From: Minisyncoccota bacterium
GTDB taxonomy: Bacteria; Patescibacteriota; Minisyncoccia; Phycocordibacterales; DATDWN01
DNA: 64,000 bases
Assembly (NCBI GenBank): GCA_036517395.1
Contig: DATDWN010000010.1
Span: 33,922-97,921 of the forward strand
Reading direction: 5' to 3'
Shown: piece by piece, positions 9,110 to 20,119 of the stretch
How the letters are laid out: the number at the start of each line of letters is the position of its first letter
Position numbering within the stretch: the first letter of the stretch is position 1
Position numbers and translations under genes: made by a program
Notes under the pieces: generated by a model
What the model saw: only the letters and a program-made list of their open reading frames with translations
Told to the model about the DNA's origin: nothing
The model's database searches: none

Positions 9110-9726
9110 AACTAACAAAATATGAACAATCGGGGTTTGTGTTGGAGACTGATGCTGGATTTCGGTTGGCTTTTGATATTGGAGCATATACTCCTGTCGA
9201 AAAGCTAGAGGGTGTAGCGGTAGATGCAATGCTGGTCTCGCATCTGCACGGCGATCACTTTTCACCTGAACAGATAAAAGCACTTAGTGCTAAAAAACTT
9301 TACTTAAATCAGGAATGTGTGGATTTGTGGGGAGAAGGAGGTAATGGTATTGAAGTAGAAAGAGTTAAGGTTGGGGATAGTGTTAAAATCGGAGAGATTA
9401 GTGTGGAACTTTTTGATGTTAATCATGGGACAAATATTTCAATGAGACCAAAAGAGAACTTTGGTTTTTTGATGAAAGCAGATGGGCGGACTGTCTATTT
9501 TGCTGGGGATATGTTTTATGAGTCAGGTATGGATGTGAGTAGTCTTGAAGTTGATTTTGCACTTATACCAGTCGGAATTTTTTATACATTTGGTCCGGAA
9601 GAGGCTTTTGATTTTGCCAAGAAGTTCAAAGGGATTGGCAAAATTATCCCAATGCATTATGAAAAAACTCCAGGGACAAAAAGTAAGTTTATGGAATTAG
9701 CAAAAGGAACATTTGAATTAGAATAA
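9106..9726 (+). CDS. MBL-fold metallo-hydrolase
   Basis: SHLHGDH, YFAGD, IPMHY. Confidence 0.9.
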   Translation: MKLTKYEQSGFVLETDAGFRLAFDIGAYTPVEKLEGVAVDAMLVSHLHGDHFSPEQIKALSAKKLYLNQECVDLWGEGGNGIEVERVKVGDSVKIGEISVELFDVNHGTNISMRPKENFGFLMKADGRTVYFAGDMFYESGMDVSSLEVDFALIPVGIFYTFGPEEAFDFAKKFKGIGKIIPMHYEKTPGTKSKFMELAKGTFELE

Positions 9727-9733
9727 ATATCCC

Positions 9734-10120
9734 ATGGTCAGATACAAAATGAGAGTTATACGTGGAGCGTTTACCGATCCTACTGTACTGGATCAGCTGA
9801 ACGCTGTCATTATTGAAAAATATGATCGGGATGAGTGGATAAGTATTGACGAAGTAGTGGTTACACTAGATGAGGTAGAACAGTTACAGAAGTTAATGAT
9901 AAAACATTACGACGACCCAGATGTTCCTTGGTATATGGACGGATACCAAGTTGATGATAAGAACAAAATGATTGTCGCTTTTGGAGCTGATGATGGTGAA
10001 GGGGGAAGAATCTTTCAGTTTGATCGTAGTGATAAAAATATGATGCAAATCGTTGCTAAGTATGGAGTATTAAAAGGCATTCCTGCAGAACAGATGGATT
10101 TTGGAGAGATTGATTTCTAA
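9734..10120 (+). CDS. hypothetical protein
   Basis: 128 aa ORF in operon; ends YGVLKGIPAEQMDF. Confidence 0.75.
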   Translation: MVRYKMRVIRGAFTDPTVLDQLNAVIIEKYDRDEWISIDEVVVTLDEVEQLQKLMIKHYDDPDVPWYMDGYQVDDKNKMIVAFGADDGEGGRIFQFDRSDKNMMQIVAKYGVLKGIPAEQMDFGEIDF

Positions 10121-10124
10121 TAAT

Positions 10125-10379
10125 ATGAAAATATTTGTTAAAGCTAAGGCGGGGGCTAGGGAGAATAAAGTGGTTCCGCCTGTGGCAAGACTTTTGCCAC
10201 TTGGGGATGATGAAGAGGAGTTTTATAGCGTGTCTGTAAAAGAGCCACCACGGCAAGGAAAAGCCAATGAGGCAATAATGAAAGCGTTGGCAGAGTATTT
10301 CAAGGTCTCATTTTCAGAAATTCGACTAGTTTCTGGCGCTTCTTCAAAGAAAAAAGTTTTCGAGATCAAAAATCAATGA
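10125..10379 (+). CDS. DUF167 (YggU-like) protein
   Basis: VKEPPRQGKANEA...LVSGASSKKK. Confidence 0.88.
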   Translation: MKIFVKAKAGARENKVVPPVARLLPLGDDEEEFYSVSVKEPPRQGKANEAIMKALAEYFKVSFSEIRLVSGASSKKKVFEIKNQ

Positions 10380-10452
10380 GATTAACTGTTGATATCGGAG
10401 GGTTACAAATTCCCTTGAGATGATATAATTAACACATTATCAGTTAGTCACA

Positions 10453-10574
10453 AGAACTTCCAAATCTGAGACAAGGTCGCGTATAAAATAGAAAAATAGA
10501 TTGGAGACGTACATGTCGTACGATGACAATCATTTTTCTATTTTAGACGAGTGAGTGCTAGATTTGGAAGTTCT
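10453..10574. repeat. long imperfect hairpin in leader
   Basis: agaacttccaaatct/agatttggaagttct enclosing aaaatagaaaaat/atttttctatttt and cgtac/gtacg. Confidence 0.8.
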
Positions 10575-10582
10575 AACACAAA

Positions 10583-10837
10583 ATGAATCAACATAAAGTG
10601 GGAATGACGTTAGGTGCGTTTGCTGGTCTAGTGCATTTGGTTTGGGAGGTTATGATCGCTCTAGGATGGGCACAGGGGTATTTGGATTTTGTCTTAAGCA
10701 TGCATTCTCTAAACAATCCATACACGGTTCAAGCTTTTAATCTCGGTCGCGGGATAATGCTCGTCGTGATTGCTTGCGTTATGGGTTATGTGGTTGGATC
10801 GGTCTTTGCTGTTATCTACAACAGAGTTCATAAGTAA
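10583..10837 (+). CDS. small two-TM membrane protein
   Basis: 84 aa with two hydrophobic segments. Confidence 0.75.
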   Translation: MNQHKVGMTLGAFAGLVHLVWEVMIALGWAQGYLDFVLSMHSLNNPYTVQAFNLGRGIMLVVIACVMGYVVGSVFAVIYNRVHK

Positions 10838-10951
10838 TTTCTGGTCTAATGTATGGGTGTAAAAAAGTCAATGGTTTGGGGCTAGTCCCGCAGTGAAGTT
10901 GGCATCTGTATTTTATGCACAGTAAATCTGTGCTAGACAGACTTCTACTAC

Positions 10952-11004
10952 TGTGGATAACCCATTTGACATTATTTGACAGGTTACAACCCCTTGTGTA
11001 TACT
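10952..11004 (+). promoter_or_regulatory. DnaA box and sigma70 promoter of rpoB
   Basis: TGTGGATAA 10952-10960; TTGACA(10976)-17-TATACT. Confidence 0.75.
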
Positions 11005-11236
11005 CTACTTGACTTCACCAAGCACCAAAAGATATTAGTGCTCGGTAAATATGATTGAGTTTTGTCCGATTGGGGAGTCGGAATTTCGCAGTAAATTTTT
11101 AGAAATTATAGGCGGGTAAGTTTTTAGAATATTTTGCGTTTCAATCGCTAACAAAATAACACAAACAAAATAGACCTTGGGGAAGGTCTGTTTTGTGTTT
11201 TTGTTTTCTTTTATTTATTAAAAACATAAATTTTTT

Positions 11237-14200
11237 ATGCAAAATTTACCATCTGCAACAGGAGTACGTCCGCAGAAGTTTTTCAGTCGCTTCAAGAAGC
11301 CGCTTTTACCGACACCGAACTTTGTCGAATCTCAACTGAACTCTTTCAAGTGGCTCACGGAGAAAGGTCTTTCAGAGGTCTTCACCGAGTTTTCTTCCAT
11401 AAAAGATTATTCGGAGAAAAAGTTCACTTTGGATTTTACTGGCTTTGAACTAGCCCAAGCCAAGTACGACGAGTACTATGCAAAGGACAACAAGCTTTCA
11501 TACGAAGCACCACTGAAAGTCAAGGTAAGGCTAAAAAATCATATTCTTGGCACAGAAAAAGAGCAGGAGATTTTCATGGCGGATTTTCCTCTGATGACTT
11601 CTCACGGTACTTTCATAATTTCCGGCATAGAGCGGGTTATCGTTCCTCAGCTGGCCCGATCCTACGGTGTTTTCTTTACAGCCAGTGAAGTCAAGGGCCG
11701 TAAACTTTTTGGGGCTAAGATTATACCTTCTAGGGGAGCATGGGTGGAGATTGAGTCTGACGCAGATGGTATGATTTTCGTTCGCATTGATCGCAAAAGA
11801 AAGTTTCCTGGCACCACTCTCTTGCGTGTCTTGGGGGCAAAAGATGATGGGGCTATAAAAAAACTTTTCGAAGGTGATAAATTTGCTACGGCGGCTATAG
11901 AAAAAACTCTTTTGAAAGATCACGGCAAAAGTATTGACGAGGCCTATATTGAAATACACAAAAGATTGCGTGATGGTGACTTGGCCACAGCAGAGAACGC
12001 CAAAGAATTTATTGATTCTATATTTGGAGGAGATCGCTATGATCTGTCTCCTGTCGGACGACATATGTTCAACAAGAGGTTTAATAAAAAGATGACAGAG
12101 GCGGAGCTGAAACGAAAAACTTTATCACTCGAAGACGTTGTTACTATTGTTTCTCATATCGCACTTCTAAACAATACTCCGCATGCAGTAGAGGATGATA
12201 TCGATCACCTCGGCACAAGGCGCGTCAGATTTGTCGGAGAACTTTTCCAGCAAAACATCCGCAAGGGAATGGCCCAGATCAAGCGAAATATCCAGAACAG
12301 AATGTCTACTATTGATACGGACGTCACTTTACCCGTACAGTTTGTGGCTCCTCGCCCACTTCAAGCTCGTATAAAAGAATTTTTTACAACCAACCAGCTT
12401 TCACAGTTTATGCTTCAGGAAAATTCTTTGGCCGAAATAGAACACTTGAGAACACTCTCTGCCCTCGGCGCGGGAGGCTTGAACCGTACTCGGGCTGGGT
12501 TTGAAGTGCGTGATGTCCACACTTCTCACTATGGCCGACTTTGTCCAATCCACACACCAGAAGGTCCGAACATTGGACTGGTTTTGCGTATGGCTATTTA
12601 CGCTAGAATCAACGCTTTCGGAATGATAGAAACCCCATACGCCAAAGTAAAAAGCGGAAAAGTGACAGACGAGATAGTTTATCTAAACGCTTCCCAAGAG
12701 GAGGAATACGCTATCGCTCACGCCGCTACTCCGGTAGACGAAACTGGCAAAATAACTGTGGCCCTAGTGGAAGTACGAAAAGAAGGTGAGCCAAGAGCTG
12801 TGCCAAAAGATCAGGTTGATTTTATGGATGTTTCTACAAGTCAGGCTTTTTCTATCGCCACATCTATGATTCCTTTTCTAAACCACAACAAAACTGACAG
12901 AGCGCTGATGGCATCAAACATGCAGAAACAGGCAACTCCTTGTATCGTTCCAGAGGCGCCTCTTGTGGCAACTGGTATGGAAACGAGTGCTATTCGTGAT
13001 ACTGGACGCCTTGTTATAGCGGGAGAAGAGGGCACAGTGACACACTCCGATGGTTTGAAAGTAGCAGTAAAAAATAGTAAAGGAAAAGAAATAGTTCACA
13101 ACTTAGTCAGATTTTCACGAACAAATGGTTTCACCGCTTTTCATCAGAGACCGAGTGTAAATGTGGGAGACAAGGTAAAGTTGGGTGATATCCTAGCGGA
13201 CACAAGCGCAAGTCAAAATGGTCAGTCCGCCATAGGTCAAAACATGCTTACGGCTTTCATGTCGTGGGGTGGTTCAAACTACGAAGACGCTATTATTCTT
13301 TCTGAAAGAGTTGTCAAAGATTCCAAGTTCACATCTATCCACATCGAAGAGTTTGTTGTAAATGTGCGTGATACGAAACTCGGTCCAGAAGTAACGACAT
13401 GCGATATTCCAAACGTAGGTGAAAGTAAACTGAAAAATCTTGCTGAAGATGGAATTGTCAGAGTCGGCGCTGAGGTCAGATCTGGAGATATTTTGGTGGG
13501 AAAGATTACTCCAAAGGGCGAGACACAACTAACACCAGAGGAGAGACTTTTGCGTAGTCTCTTCGGTGAAAAGGCTCACGATGTAAAAGATACATCAAAG
13601 AGAATGGAGGGTGGAAAGCGTGGACGAATCATAAAGGTTCAGATTTTCTCCCGAGAAAAAGGCGACAAACTTGATTCCGGAATTATAAAAAGAATACATA
13701 TTGAGGTAGCTCAACTGCGAAATGTTTCAGTTGGTGACAAACTGGCTGGACGACATGGAAACAAAGGTGTCATCTCGCGAATACTTCCAGAGGAGGACAT
13801 GCCTTATATGGCTGATGGAACTCCTGTTGATGTGATTTTGACTCCGCTCGGTGTGCCAAGCCGCATGAACTTGGGGCAAATATTGGAACTTCACTTAGGT
13901 CTTGCCGCTCATACTCTCGGTTATCAAGCAATAGTTCCGCCTTTTATCGGAGCAACGGGGCAAGAAATCAAAGCGGAGCTTGTGAAAGCGGGATTTCCCG
14001 AGAGTGGCAAGATAAAACTTTTTGATGGTCGAACGGGCGAAGCCTTTGAGAGGGATGTTGCCGTCGGATACATGTACATTATTAAACTTCACCACATGGT
14101 TGAAGATAAAATCCACATGCGTTCTATCGGGCCGTATTCTCTTATTACCCAGCAACCACTTGGTGGAAAGGCACAGAACGGAGGTCAAAGATTTGGAGAA

Positions 14201-14434
14201 ATGGAAGTCTGGGCTCTTCTCGGTCACGGAGCGGCGCATACTTTGCAGGAAATTTTAACTATCAAATCAGACGATATTGTTGGTCGCTCGGCTGCCTTTG
14301 ATGCAATAGTTAAAGGTCTGCCAATAACACAGCTTAACACTCCAGCCTCGTTTAATGTGCTTCTGAACAATCTTCGCGGACTAGCACTTGATGTGCAGAT
14401 AAAGAAAGGGTCGAAGGAGGAGAAGATAACGTAA
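11237..14434 (+). CDS. rpoB: DNA-directed RNA polymerase subunit beta
   Basis: TPEGPNIGL, GDKLAGRHGNKG, GGQRFGEME. Confidence 0.99.
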   Translation: MQNLPSATGVRPQKFFSRFKKPLLPTPNFVESQLNSFKWLTEKGLSEVFTEFSSIKDYSEKKFTLDFTGFELAQAKYDEYYAKDNKLSYEAPLKVKVRLKNHILGTEKEQEIFMADFPLMTSHGTFIISGIERVIVPQLARSYGVFFTASEVKGRKLFGAKIIPSRGAWVEIESDADGMIFVRIDRKRKFPGTTLLRVLGAKDDGAIKKLFEGDKFATAAIEKTLLKDHGKSIDEAYIEIHKRLRDGDLATAENAKEFIDSIFGGDRYDLSPVGRHMFNKRFNKKMTEAELKRKTLSLEDVVTIVSHIALLNNTPHAVEDDIDHLGTRRVRFVGELFQQNIRKGMAQIKRNIQNRMSTIDTDVTLPVQFVAPRPLQARIKEFFTTNQLSQFMLQENSLAEIEHLRTLSALGAGGLNRTRAGFEVRDVHTSHYGRLCPIHTPEGPNIGLVLRMAIYARINAFGMIETPYAKVKSGKVTDEIVYLNASQEEEYAIAHAATPVDETGKITVALVEVRKEGEPRAVPKDQVDFMDVSTSQAFSIATSMIPFLNHNKTDRALMASNMQKQATPCIVPEAPLVATGMETSAIRDTGRLVIAGEEGTVTHSDGLKVAVKNSKGKEIVHNLVRFSRTNGFTAFHQRPSVNVGDKVKLGDILADTSASQNGQSAIGQNMLTAFMSWGGSNYEDAIILSERVVKDSKFTSIHIEEFVVNVRDTKLGPEVTTCDIPNVGESKLKNLAEDGIVRVGAEVRSGDILVGKITPKGETQLTPEERLLRSLFGEKAHDVKDTSKRMEGGKRGRIIKVQIFSREKGDKLDSGIIKRIHIEVAQLRNVSVGDKLAGRHGNKGVISRILPEEDMPYMADGTPVDVILTPLGVPSRMNLGQILELHLGLAAHTLGYQAIVPPFIGATGQEIKAELVKAGFPESGKIKLFDGRTGEAFERDVAVGYMYIIKLHHMVEDKIHMRSIGPYSLITQQPLGGKAQNGGQRFGEMEVWALLGHGAAHTLQEILTIKSDDIVGRSAAFDAIVKGLPITQLNTPASFNVLLNNLRGLALDVQIKKGSKEEKIT

Positions 14435-14555
14435 TTTTCAATTATCAATTTTACAATTTACAATCAATTTTCAAATAACAATGAATTAATTTTCAAAATT
14501 AGAAATTGAAACATTGCAAATTCAATAAAAATTAAAAATTAAAAATTGGAAATTT
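14433..14555. repeat. AT-rich heptamer-iterated inverted repeat (TTTTCAA/TTGAAAA type)
   Basis: left half aattttcaa/aattttac units, right half aaattga/aaattag units. Confidence 0.7.
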
Positions 14556-14565
14556 ATTCAACATC

Positions 14566-17500
14566 ATGATCAAATCAAAATACGCAGAAAGTTCAAACGA
14601 TTTTGAAACCATAGCTCTGAAAATAGCAAGTCCTGAGAGGATAAGGGAGTGGTCTTTTGGTGAAGTAACAAAACCGGAAACCATAAACTATCGTACACAA
14701 AGAAGTGAGAAGAACGGTTTGTTTGATGAAAAAATATTTGGTCCGGACAAAGACTATGAGTGTTACTGTGGTAAATATCGGGGTATCCGTTACAAGGGAA
14801 TTATTTGTGAAAAATGTGGAGTGGAAATTACACGCTCTATTGTTAGACGAGAAAGAATGGGTCACATTGAGTTGGCTACAGTGGTTTCTCATATATGGTT
14901 TTTGAAATCGATGCCAAGCAGGATAAACCTCGTTCTAGGTATTCCAACAGCGGACATTGAAAAAGTCATATACTTTGCCGGTTATATAATCACAAAAGTT
15001 TCCGAGGAGGATCGCACTCGGTATTTGAAGGATCTTGATTCTGAGTACAAGTCCAAAGTGAAGTCACTTCAGGATGAGAAGACAAAAGAGGCAGTCAAAG
15101 AAATGCTTCTCAACGCCAAGAGGGAAATCGAATCTATCCAAGAGGGGCGAGTTCTGGATGAGGTGGAATATTACAACTTTGGCATGAAATACGGGACTAT
15201 GTTTGAAGCGTCTATAGGAGCTGAAGCTATCTATAACATTTTCAAAAAAATCGACCTTCATAAACTCCTCTCCCAACTGAAGACTGAACTGGAAAAAGCA
15301 AGTAGCCTTGAGTCAGTAAAAATAAATAAAAGAATCGGTGTCATATGTGCCATGATTAATTCTGGTATAAGACCGGAATGGATGTTTTTGACAAATATTC
15401 CTGTTATGCCACCAGCTCTTCGTCCTATGGTGCCACTCGATGGAGGAAGATATGCAACCAGTGATGTTAACGACCTCTACAGGCGAGTAATAAATCGTAA
15501 CAATCGATTGAAAAAATTGAAAGAAATTTCCGCCCCGGATGTTATTTTGCGAAATGAGAAAAGAATATTGCAAGAAGCGGTTGATGCTTTGATTGATAAC
15601 TCCATAAGGCACGGTTCAGCCTCGGGCGCTATAAATCAGTCACAAAGACGACCTCTAAAATCCATCGCCGACAATCTCAAAGGCAAACGCGGTATTTTCC
15701 GTCAAAACCTTTTGGGTAAAAGGGTTGATTACTCTGGACGCTCTGTTATCGTGGTCGGCCCTGATCTCCACTTGAATCAATGTGGTTTGCCAAAGCATAT
15801 GGCTCTCGAGCTTTTCAAGCCTTTTGTTATATCGCAACTTTTGCAGAAAGAACTGTCCTATAACATTCGCGGAGCATCGAAGCTCATAGAGGATGGAATT
15901 CCTGAAGTGTGGGCAATTTTAGAGGAGGTTATTTCGACAAGATTTGTTCTTTTGAACCGCGCACCAACTTTGCACAGACTGGGCATTCAGGCTTTTCGTC
16001 CGGTTCTTATTGAAGGAAACGCTATCCAGGTTCATCCGCTAGTATGTTCGGCTTTCAACGCCGACTTCGATGGTGATCAGATGGCCGTTCATGTGCCACT
16101 TTCTGACGAAGCTCAAATGGAAGCTCGAGAAATAATGGCCTCTGACAAAAACATTTTGAAACCTGGTTCTGGAGATCCGACTGTTTCGGCCAAAATGCTG
16201 GATATCGTACTAGGTTGTTACTGGATGACAAAAGAAATTGCCCTAGAAAAGGGAGAGGGCAAATTTTTCTCATCTCCAAATGCCGCTATAACGGCCTATG
16301 ATCTCGGGGCTTTGTCTTTCCGTGCAAAGGTAAAAATTCTAGCGCCAGAAAATGACAGATATCGACAGTTTGATGGAAAACTTTTCGAGACAACAGTGGG
16401 AAGGCTTTTATTTAATTCCATCTTACCTCGAGATTATCCATTCATGAACAATGAGATCAACCGAGAGAAGATGTCTCTTTTGGTTGATGATCTTATTGAC
16501 AGATATGGTATTGAAAATGTGCCAAACATCATAGACAAAATAAAATCTTTTGGTTTTAAGTATGCTACTCACTCCGGTGTGACTTGGGGTATTGATGACA
16601 TAGTTATTCCGGAAGGCAAGAAAGATATTATATTAAAATCAAAAGAAAAGTCGGACATTGTTGTGGAGCATTTCAACCAAGGACTTATTTCTAAAGAAGA
16701 AAGATTGCGGCAAACTATAGAGATTTGGCATGGAGCTAAAGCCGATTTGGAAAAACTAATGCCAGGGACCTTGCCGAAAAATGGTTCCGTGAGCGATATG
16801 GTGCTTTCCAAGGCTCGAGGAACGATGTCAAACATTACACAGATGGCCGGTATGATTGGACTTATCGCAAACAATGCCGGAGAGACTATTGAATTCCCAA
16901 TCATATCTTGTTCGCAGGAAGGATTAACACCCCTTGAATATTTCATCACAACTCACGGTGGTAGAAAGGGTCTGACCGATACAGCTCTGAATACGGCTAA
17001 ATCCGGATATCTTACTCGAAAAATGTTCGTGGTGGCTCAGGACACTATTATCACAGAGGAGGACTGTGGCACAAAAGAAGGTGTAATAATAGACAAGCAC
17101 GCAATCTCCGGCATAGAGATCCCCATTGCAAAACATATAAAGGGTAGGTTTCTTTCGGCCGATGTTGTGGCCAAGGACGGCAAGGTTTTGTTCAAAAAGG
17201 ATCATTTGGTGACGAAAAAAGAAGCTCTAGAAATTGAAAACTCCGGAGTCAGTTCCGTTTCTGTTAGATCGCCGCTTTCGTGCAAGACTTTAAACGGTAT
17301 CTGTGTCAAATGTTATGGTGTTGATTTGGGTAAAAATAAAGTTGTTGAACTTGGTGAAGCCGTGGGTACTGTGGCCGGACAAGCTATTGGAGAGCCGGGA
17401 ACACAACTAACTATGAATACCAAACACGCTGGAGCAGCTTTGGTTTCCGGAGATATTGTTCAGGGTTTGCCTCGTGTGGAGGAGCTTTTTGAAAAAAGAA

Positions 17501-18243
17501 AACCAAAAAATCCGGCTATCGTCTGTTCTGTTGGAGGCACTATTTCGGAAATACGCGTTACGGACAAGGAAAAAGTTATTGTTATAACTCCAAACCTGGA
17601 AGATAGAACCAAAACAAAAGACAAGATCGAATACTCGATTTCTCTCAACCGAACAGTTTTGGTCAAAGTCGGGGATGAAGTCAAAAAAGGCCAAATGATT
17701 ACGGACGGTTCGGCTGACATTGATGAGCTCTTCAAATTTGCTGGACGAGATAAAACTATTGACTATATTATTCACGAAATCAACAAGCCGTACGAACTTC
17801 AGGGAGAAACCGTTTCTCGAAAACATATTGAAACTATCGTTAGACAAATGTTCTCACGAAAGAGAGTGAAGTCCCCCGGGGATTCCGTTTTTCTAGAGGG
17901 AGATATTGTAGAGGAAGCATTCTTTGTTGAAGAAAATAATCGATTGAAGACTGAAGGGAAAGAAGAGGCCAAAGCCGAAGGAGTGGTTATGGGTATTACT
18001 GATGTTTCACTTTCTCGAAAGAGTTTCTTGGCGGCGGCTTCCTTCCAACACACAACGAGAATGCTTATCTCAAGCGCTATCAAGGGTAACGCTGACCAAC
18101 TTTCCGGGTTGATGGAAAACGTTATTCTAGGACGACTTATTCCGGCCGGTACTGGATTCAAGGGGAGCAAGAAAGCGGCGATGATTGCCGAAATGAGAGC
18201 GACCCGACCTGTGGTGTATGAAGATAGGAATCGATTTCAGTAA
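14566..18243 (+). CDS. rpoC: DNA-directed RNA polymerase subunit beta'
   Basis: NADFDGD, zinc-finger cysteines, [10 protein letters not shown]. Confidence 0.99.
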   Translation: MIKSKYAESSNDFETIALKIASPERIREWSFGEVTKPETINYRTQRSEKNGLFDEKIFGPDKDYECYCGKYRGIRYKGIICEKCGVEITRSIVRRERMGHIELATVVSHIWFLKSMPSRINLVLGIPTADIEKVIYFAGYIITKVSEEDRTRYLKDLDSEYKSKVKSLQDEKTKEAVKEMLLNAKREIESIQEGRVLDEVEYYNFGMKYGTMFEASIGAEAIYNIFKKIDLHKLLSQLKTELEKASSLESVKINKRIGVICAMINSGIRPEWMFLTNIPVMPPALRPMVPLDGGRYATSDVNDLYRRVINRNNRLKKLKEISAPDVILRNEKRILQEAVDALIDNSIRHGSASGAINQSQRRPLKSIADNLKGKRGIFRQNLLGKRVDYSGRSVIVVGPDLHLNQCGLPKHMALELFKPFVISQLLQKELSYNIRGASKLIEDGIPEVWAILEEVISTRFVLLNRAPTLHRLGIQAFRPVLIEGNAIQVHPLVCSAFNADFDGDQMAVHVPLSDEAQMEAREIMASDKNILKPGSGDPTVSAKMLDIVLGCYWMTKEIALEKGEGKFFSSPNAAITAYDLGALSFRAKVKILAPENDRYRQFDGKLFETTVGRLLFNSILPRDYPFMNNEINREKMSLLVDDLIDRYGIENVPNIIDKIKSFGFKYATHSGVTWGIDDIVIPEGKKDIILKSKEKSDIVVEHFNQGLISKEERLRQTIEIWHGAKADLEKLMPGTLPKNGSVSDMVLSKARGTMSNITQMAGMIGLIANNAGETIEFPIISCSQEGLTPLEYFITTHGGRKGLTDTALNTAKSGYLTRKMFVVAQDTIITEEDCGTKEGVIIDKHAISGIEIPIAKHIKGRFLSADVVAKDGKVLFKKDHLVTKKEALEIENSGVSSVSVRSPLSCKTLNGICVKCYGVDLGKNKVVELGEAVGTVAGQAIGEPGTQLTMNTKHAGAALVSGDIVQGLPRVEELFEKRKPKNPAIVCSVGGTISEIRVTDKEKVIVITPNLEDRTKTKDKIEYSISLNRTVLVKVGDEVKKGQMITDGSADIDELFKFAGRDKTIDYIIHEINKPYELQGETVSRKHIETIVRQMFSRKRVKSPGDSVFLEGDIVEEAFFVEENNRLKTEGKEEAKAEGVVMGITDVSLSRKSFLAAASFQHTTRMLISSAIKGNADQLSGLMENVILGRLIPAGTGFKGSKKAAMIAEMRATRPVVYEDRNRFQ

Positions 18244-18363
18244 TTAACCTAATTTCTAATTATTCTAATTAACCTAAATAATAACCAAGTTCCAATGAAT
18301 CAATTGGAATTTGTATGTTGGGATTTATTTAGAAATTAGAATAATTAGGTCAATTAGAAATTT
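18241..18363. repeat. AT-rich iterated inverted repeat (TTCTAAT/ATTAGAA type)
   Basis: aatttctaattattctaattaacctaaataataaccaa...tttagaaattagaataattagg. Confidence 0.7.
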
Positions 18364-18370
18364 TTAATCC

Positions 18371-20119
18371 ATGTCCTCATCAGTCGATCAAATCAAATCA
18401 AAAATAGATATTGTCTCGCTTGTTTCCTCGTATATAAAACTGGAAAAAGCCGGGGCGAATTTCAAAGGCAGGTGTCCTTTTCACAACGAAAAGACTCCGT
18501 CGTTTTTTGTCTCGCCTGACAGAGGAAGTTACTATTGTTTTGGTTGCCAAGCCAAAGGTGACATATTCACTTTTGTTCAGGAGTTTGAGGGGCTTGATTT
18601 CATTGGCTCTCTCAAGGTTTTGGCGGACAGAGCGGGAGTTGTGTTGGAGCAGTACAACAGCGGTGATAAAACAGAAAAACAACGTCTGCATTCTGTTTTG
18701 GAACTAGCTGTATTTTTCTACCAGAAAAAGTTGGATGAGAACAAGGAAGCTCTGAAATATCTCCATAGTCGTGGCGTAACCGATGAGACAATAAAAGAAT
18801 TCAGAATTGGTTTTGCTCCGCCCGAGTGGAGGGATTTGTTCGAATATCTTTTGTCGCGGTCTGTGACAGAAGGAGACATGTTGGAAGTTGGTTTGATAAA
18901 GAGGAAAGACGGAACACAATCCAGCTACTACGACACATTTCGAGGACGAATAACATTTCCTATAAATGATTCATCGGGGAGAGTTGTCGGATTTTCCGGT
19001 CGAATACTCGTTCCAGATGACCCCAGTAATAGAGCAGAGCTCAGTACGGGGCAGGCAAGTCAACCAAAATATCTGAACACTCCACAAACTTCGCTTTTCA
19101 ACAAATCAGAAGTTTTGTTTGGGCTGGATAAGGCCAAGAAAGATATAAGGCTAAAAGATTATTCCGTTCTAGTCGAAGGTCAGATGGATCTCATAATGCT
19201 CCATCAGGTTGGTATTACAAACACAGTAGCATCGTCGGGGACAGCACTGACAGAAAACCACCTTATCAAACTGCGCAGATTATCGAACCGCATCATCATG
19301 GCTTATGATGCCGATTCGGCTGGTTTCTCTGCATCAAACAGAAGTTCGCAAATGGCTCTTTCTCTTGGCATGGAACTGAAACTAGCTTCTTTCCCCGAGG
19401 GCAAGGATCCGGCTGATCTGGCAAAGGACGATTTAGAAAAATTAAAAACCTGTTTCAAGAACGCCAAGCACATCATAGATTTCTACACAGACACGCTCCT
19501 AGAGAAGAAACTTCCGCCTCGCGAGTTGGGTAAAGAAATTCAGAAAAACGTTCTGCCTTACGTTTCCATATTGCCAAGTAGCATAGAGCAGTCACATTTT
19601 ATAAAAAGCATCGCTCAAAAGACGTTTATAAAAGAAGAGGCTTTATGGGATGATTTGAAACAAATTGGCAGTACGGGTGTAGTAACAGATAATAGGGCTA
19701 AAAAACCATCTCCGGTTAATCGTACGGAATCTATCGAGAGAAAAATCTATGGAATTATCGCATGGCAAAAAACAAACAAAAGTTCACAGCCAGAGGTCGA
19801 TATTGATGTGCTAGAAAAAAGAGCTAATGAAATTTTTGGACAGAGAATTATAGAACTTCAAAATAGGTATGAAAAAGAGAAAGACTCACTACTATTTGAG
19901 ATAGAATCGTACTATAATGGTAAAACTAATTTAGTAAAAGATGTAGAGGAACTCCTTTTTGGATTGGAGGAAGAATATTTGAAAGAAGAGTTCGCTGTTT
20001 CCATGATTAATCTCCAAAAAGCAGAACAATTAAAAGATGTGGGCCAGATAGCGAAATATTTAGAGGAATGTCAGAGGATTTCACAGAGGATTAATGAGAT
20101 TAAGAGCAAAAAAGTGTGA
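18371..20119 (+). CDS. dnaG: DNA primase
   Basis: [11 protein letters not shown] zinc finger, KYLN, VEGQMD, YDADSAG, KDPAD. Confidence 0.98.
   Translation: MSSSVDQIKSKIDIVSLVSSYIKLEKAGANFKGRCPFHNEKTPSFFVSPDRGSYYCFGCQAKGDIFTFVQEFEGLDFIGSLKVLADRAGVVLEQYNSGDKTEKQRLHSVLELAVFFYQKKLDENKEALKYLHSRGVTDETIKEFRIGFAPPEWRDLFEYLLSRSVTEGDMLEVGLIKRKDGTQSSYYDTFRGRITFPINDSSGRVVGFSGRILVPDDPSNRAELSTGQASQPKYLNTPQTSLFNKSEVLFGLDKAKKDIRLKDYSVLVEGQMDLIMLHQVGITNTVASSGTALTENHLIKLRRLSNRIIMAYDADSAGFSASNRSSQMALSLGMELKLASFPEGKDPADLAKDDLEKLKTCFKNAKHIIDFYTDTLLEKKLPPRELGKEIQKNVLPYVSILPSSIEQSHFIKSIAQKTFIKEEALWDDLKQIGSTGVVTDNRAKKPSPVNRTESIERKIYGIIAWQKTNKSSQPEVDIDVLEKRANEIFGQRIIELQNRYEKEKDSLLFEIESYYNGKTNLVKDVEELLFGLEEEYLKEEFAVSMINLQKAEQLKDVGQIAKYLEECQRISQRINEIKSKKV

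Noticed and set aside
7142-10960. DnaA boxes as a replication origin
   Set aside because: Isolated single boxes next to promoters, with no cluster or dnaA gene; more consistent with regulatory sites or chance
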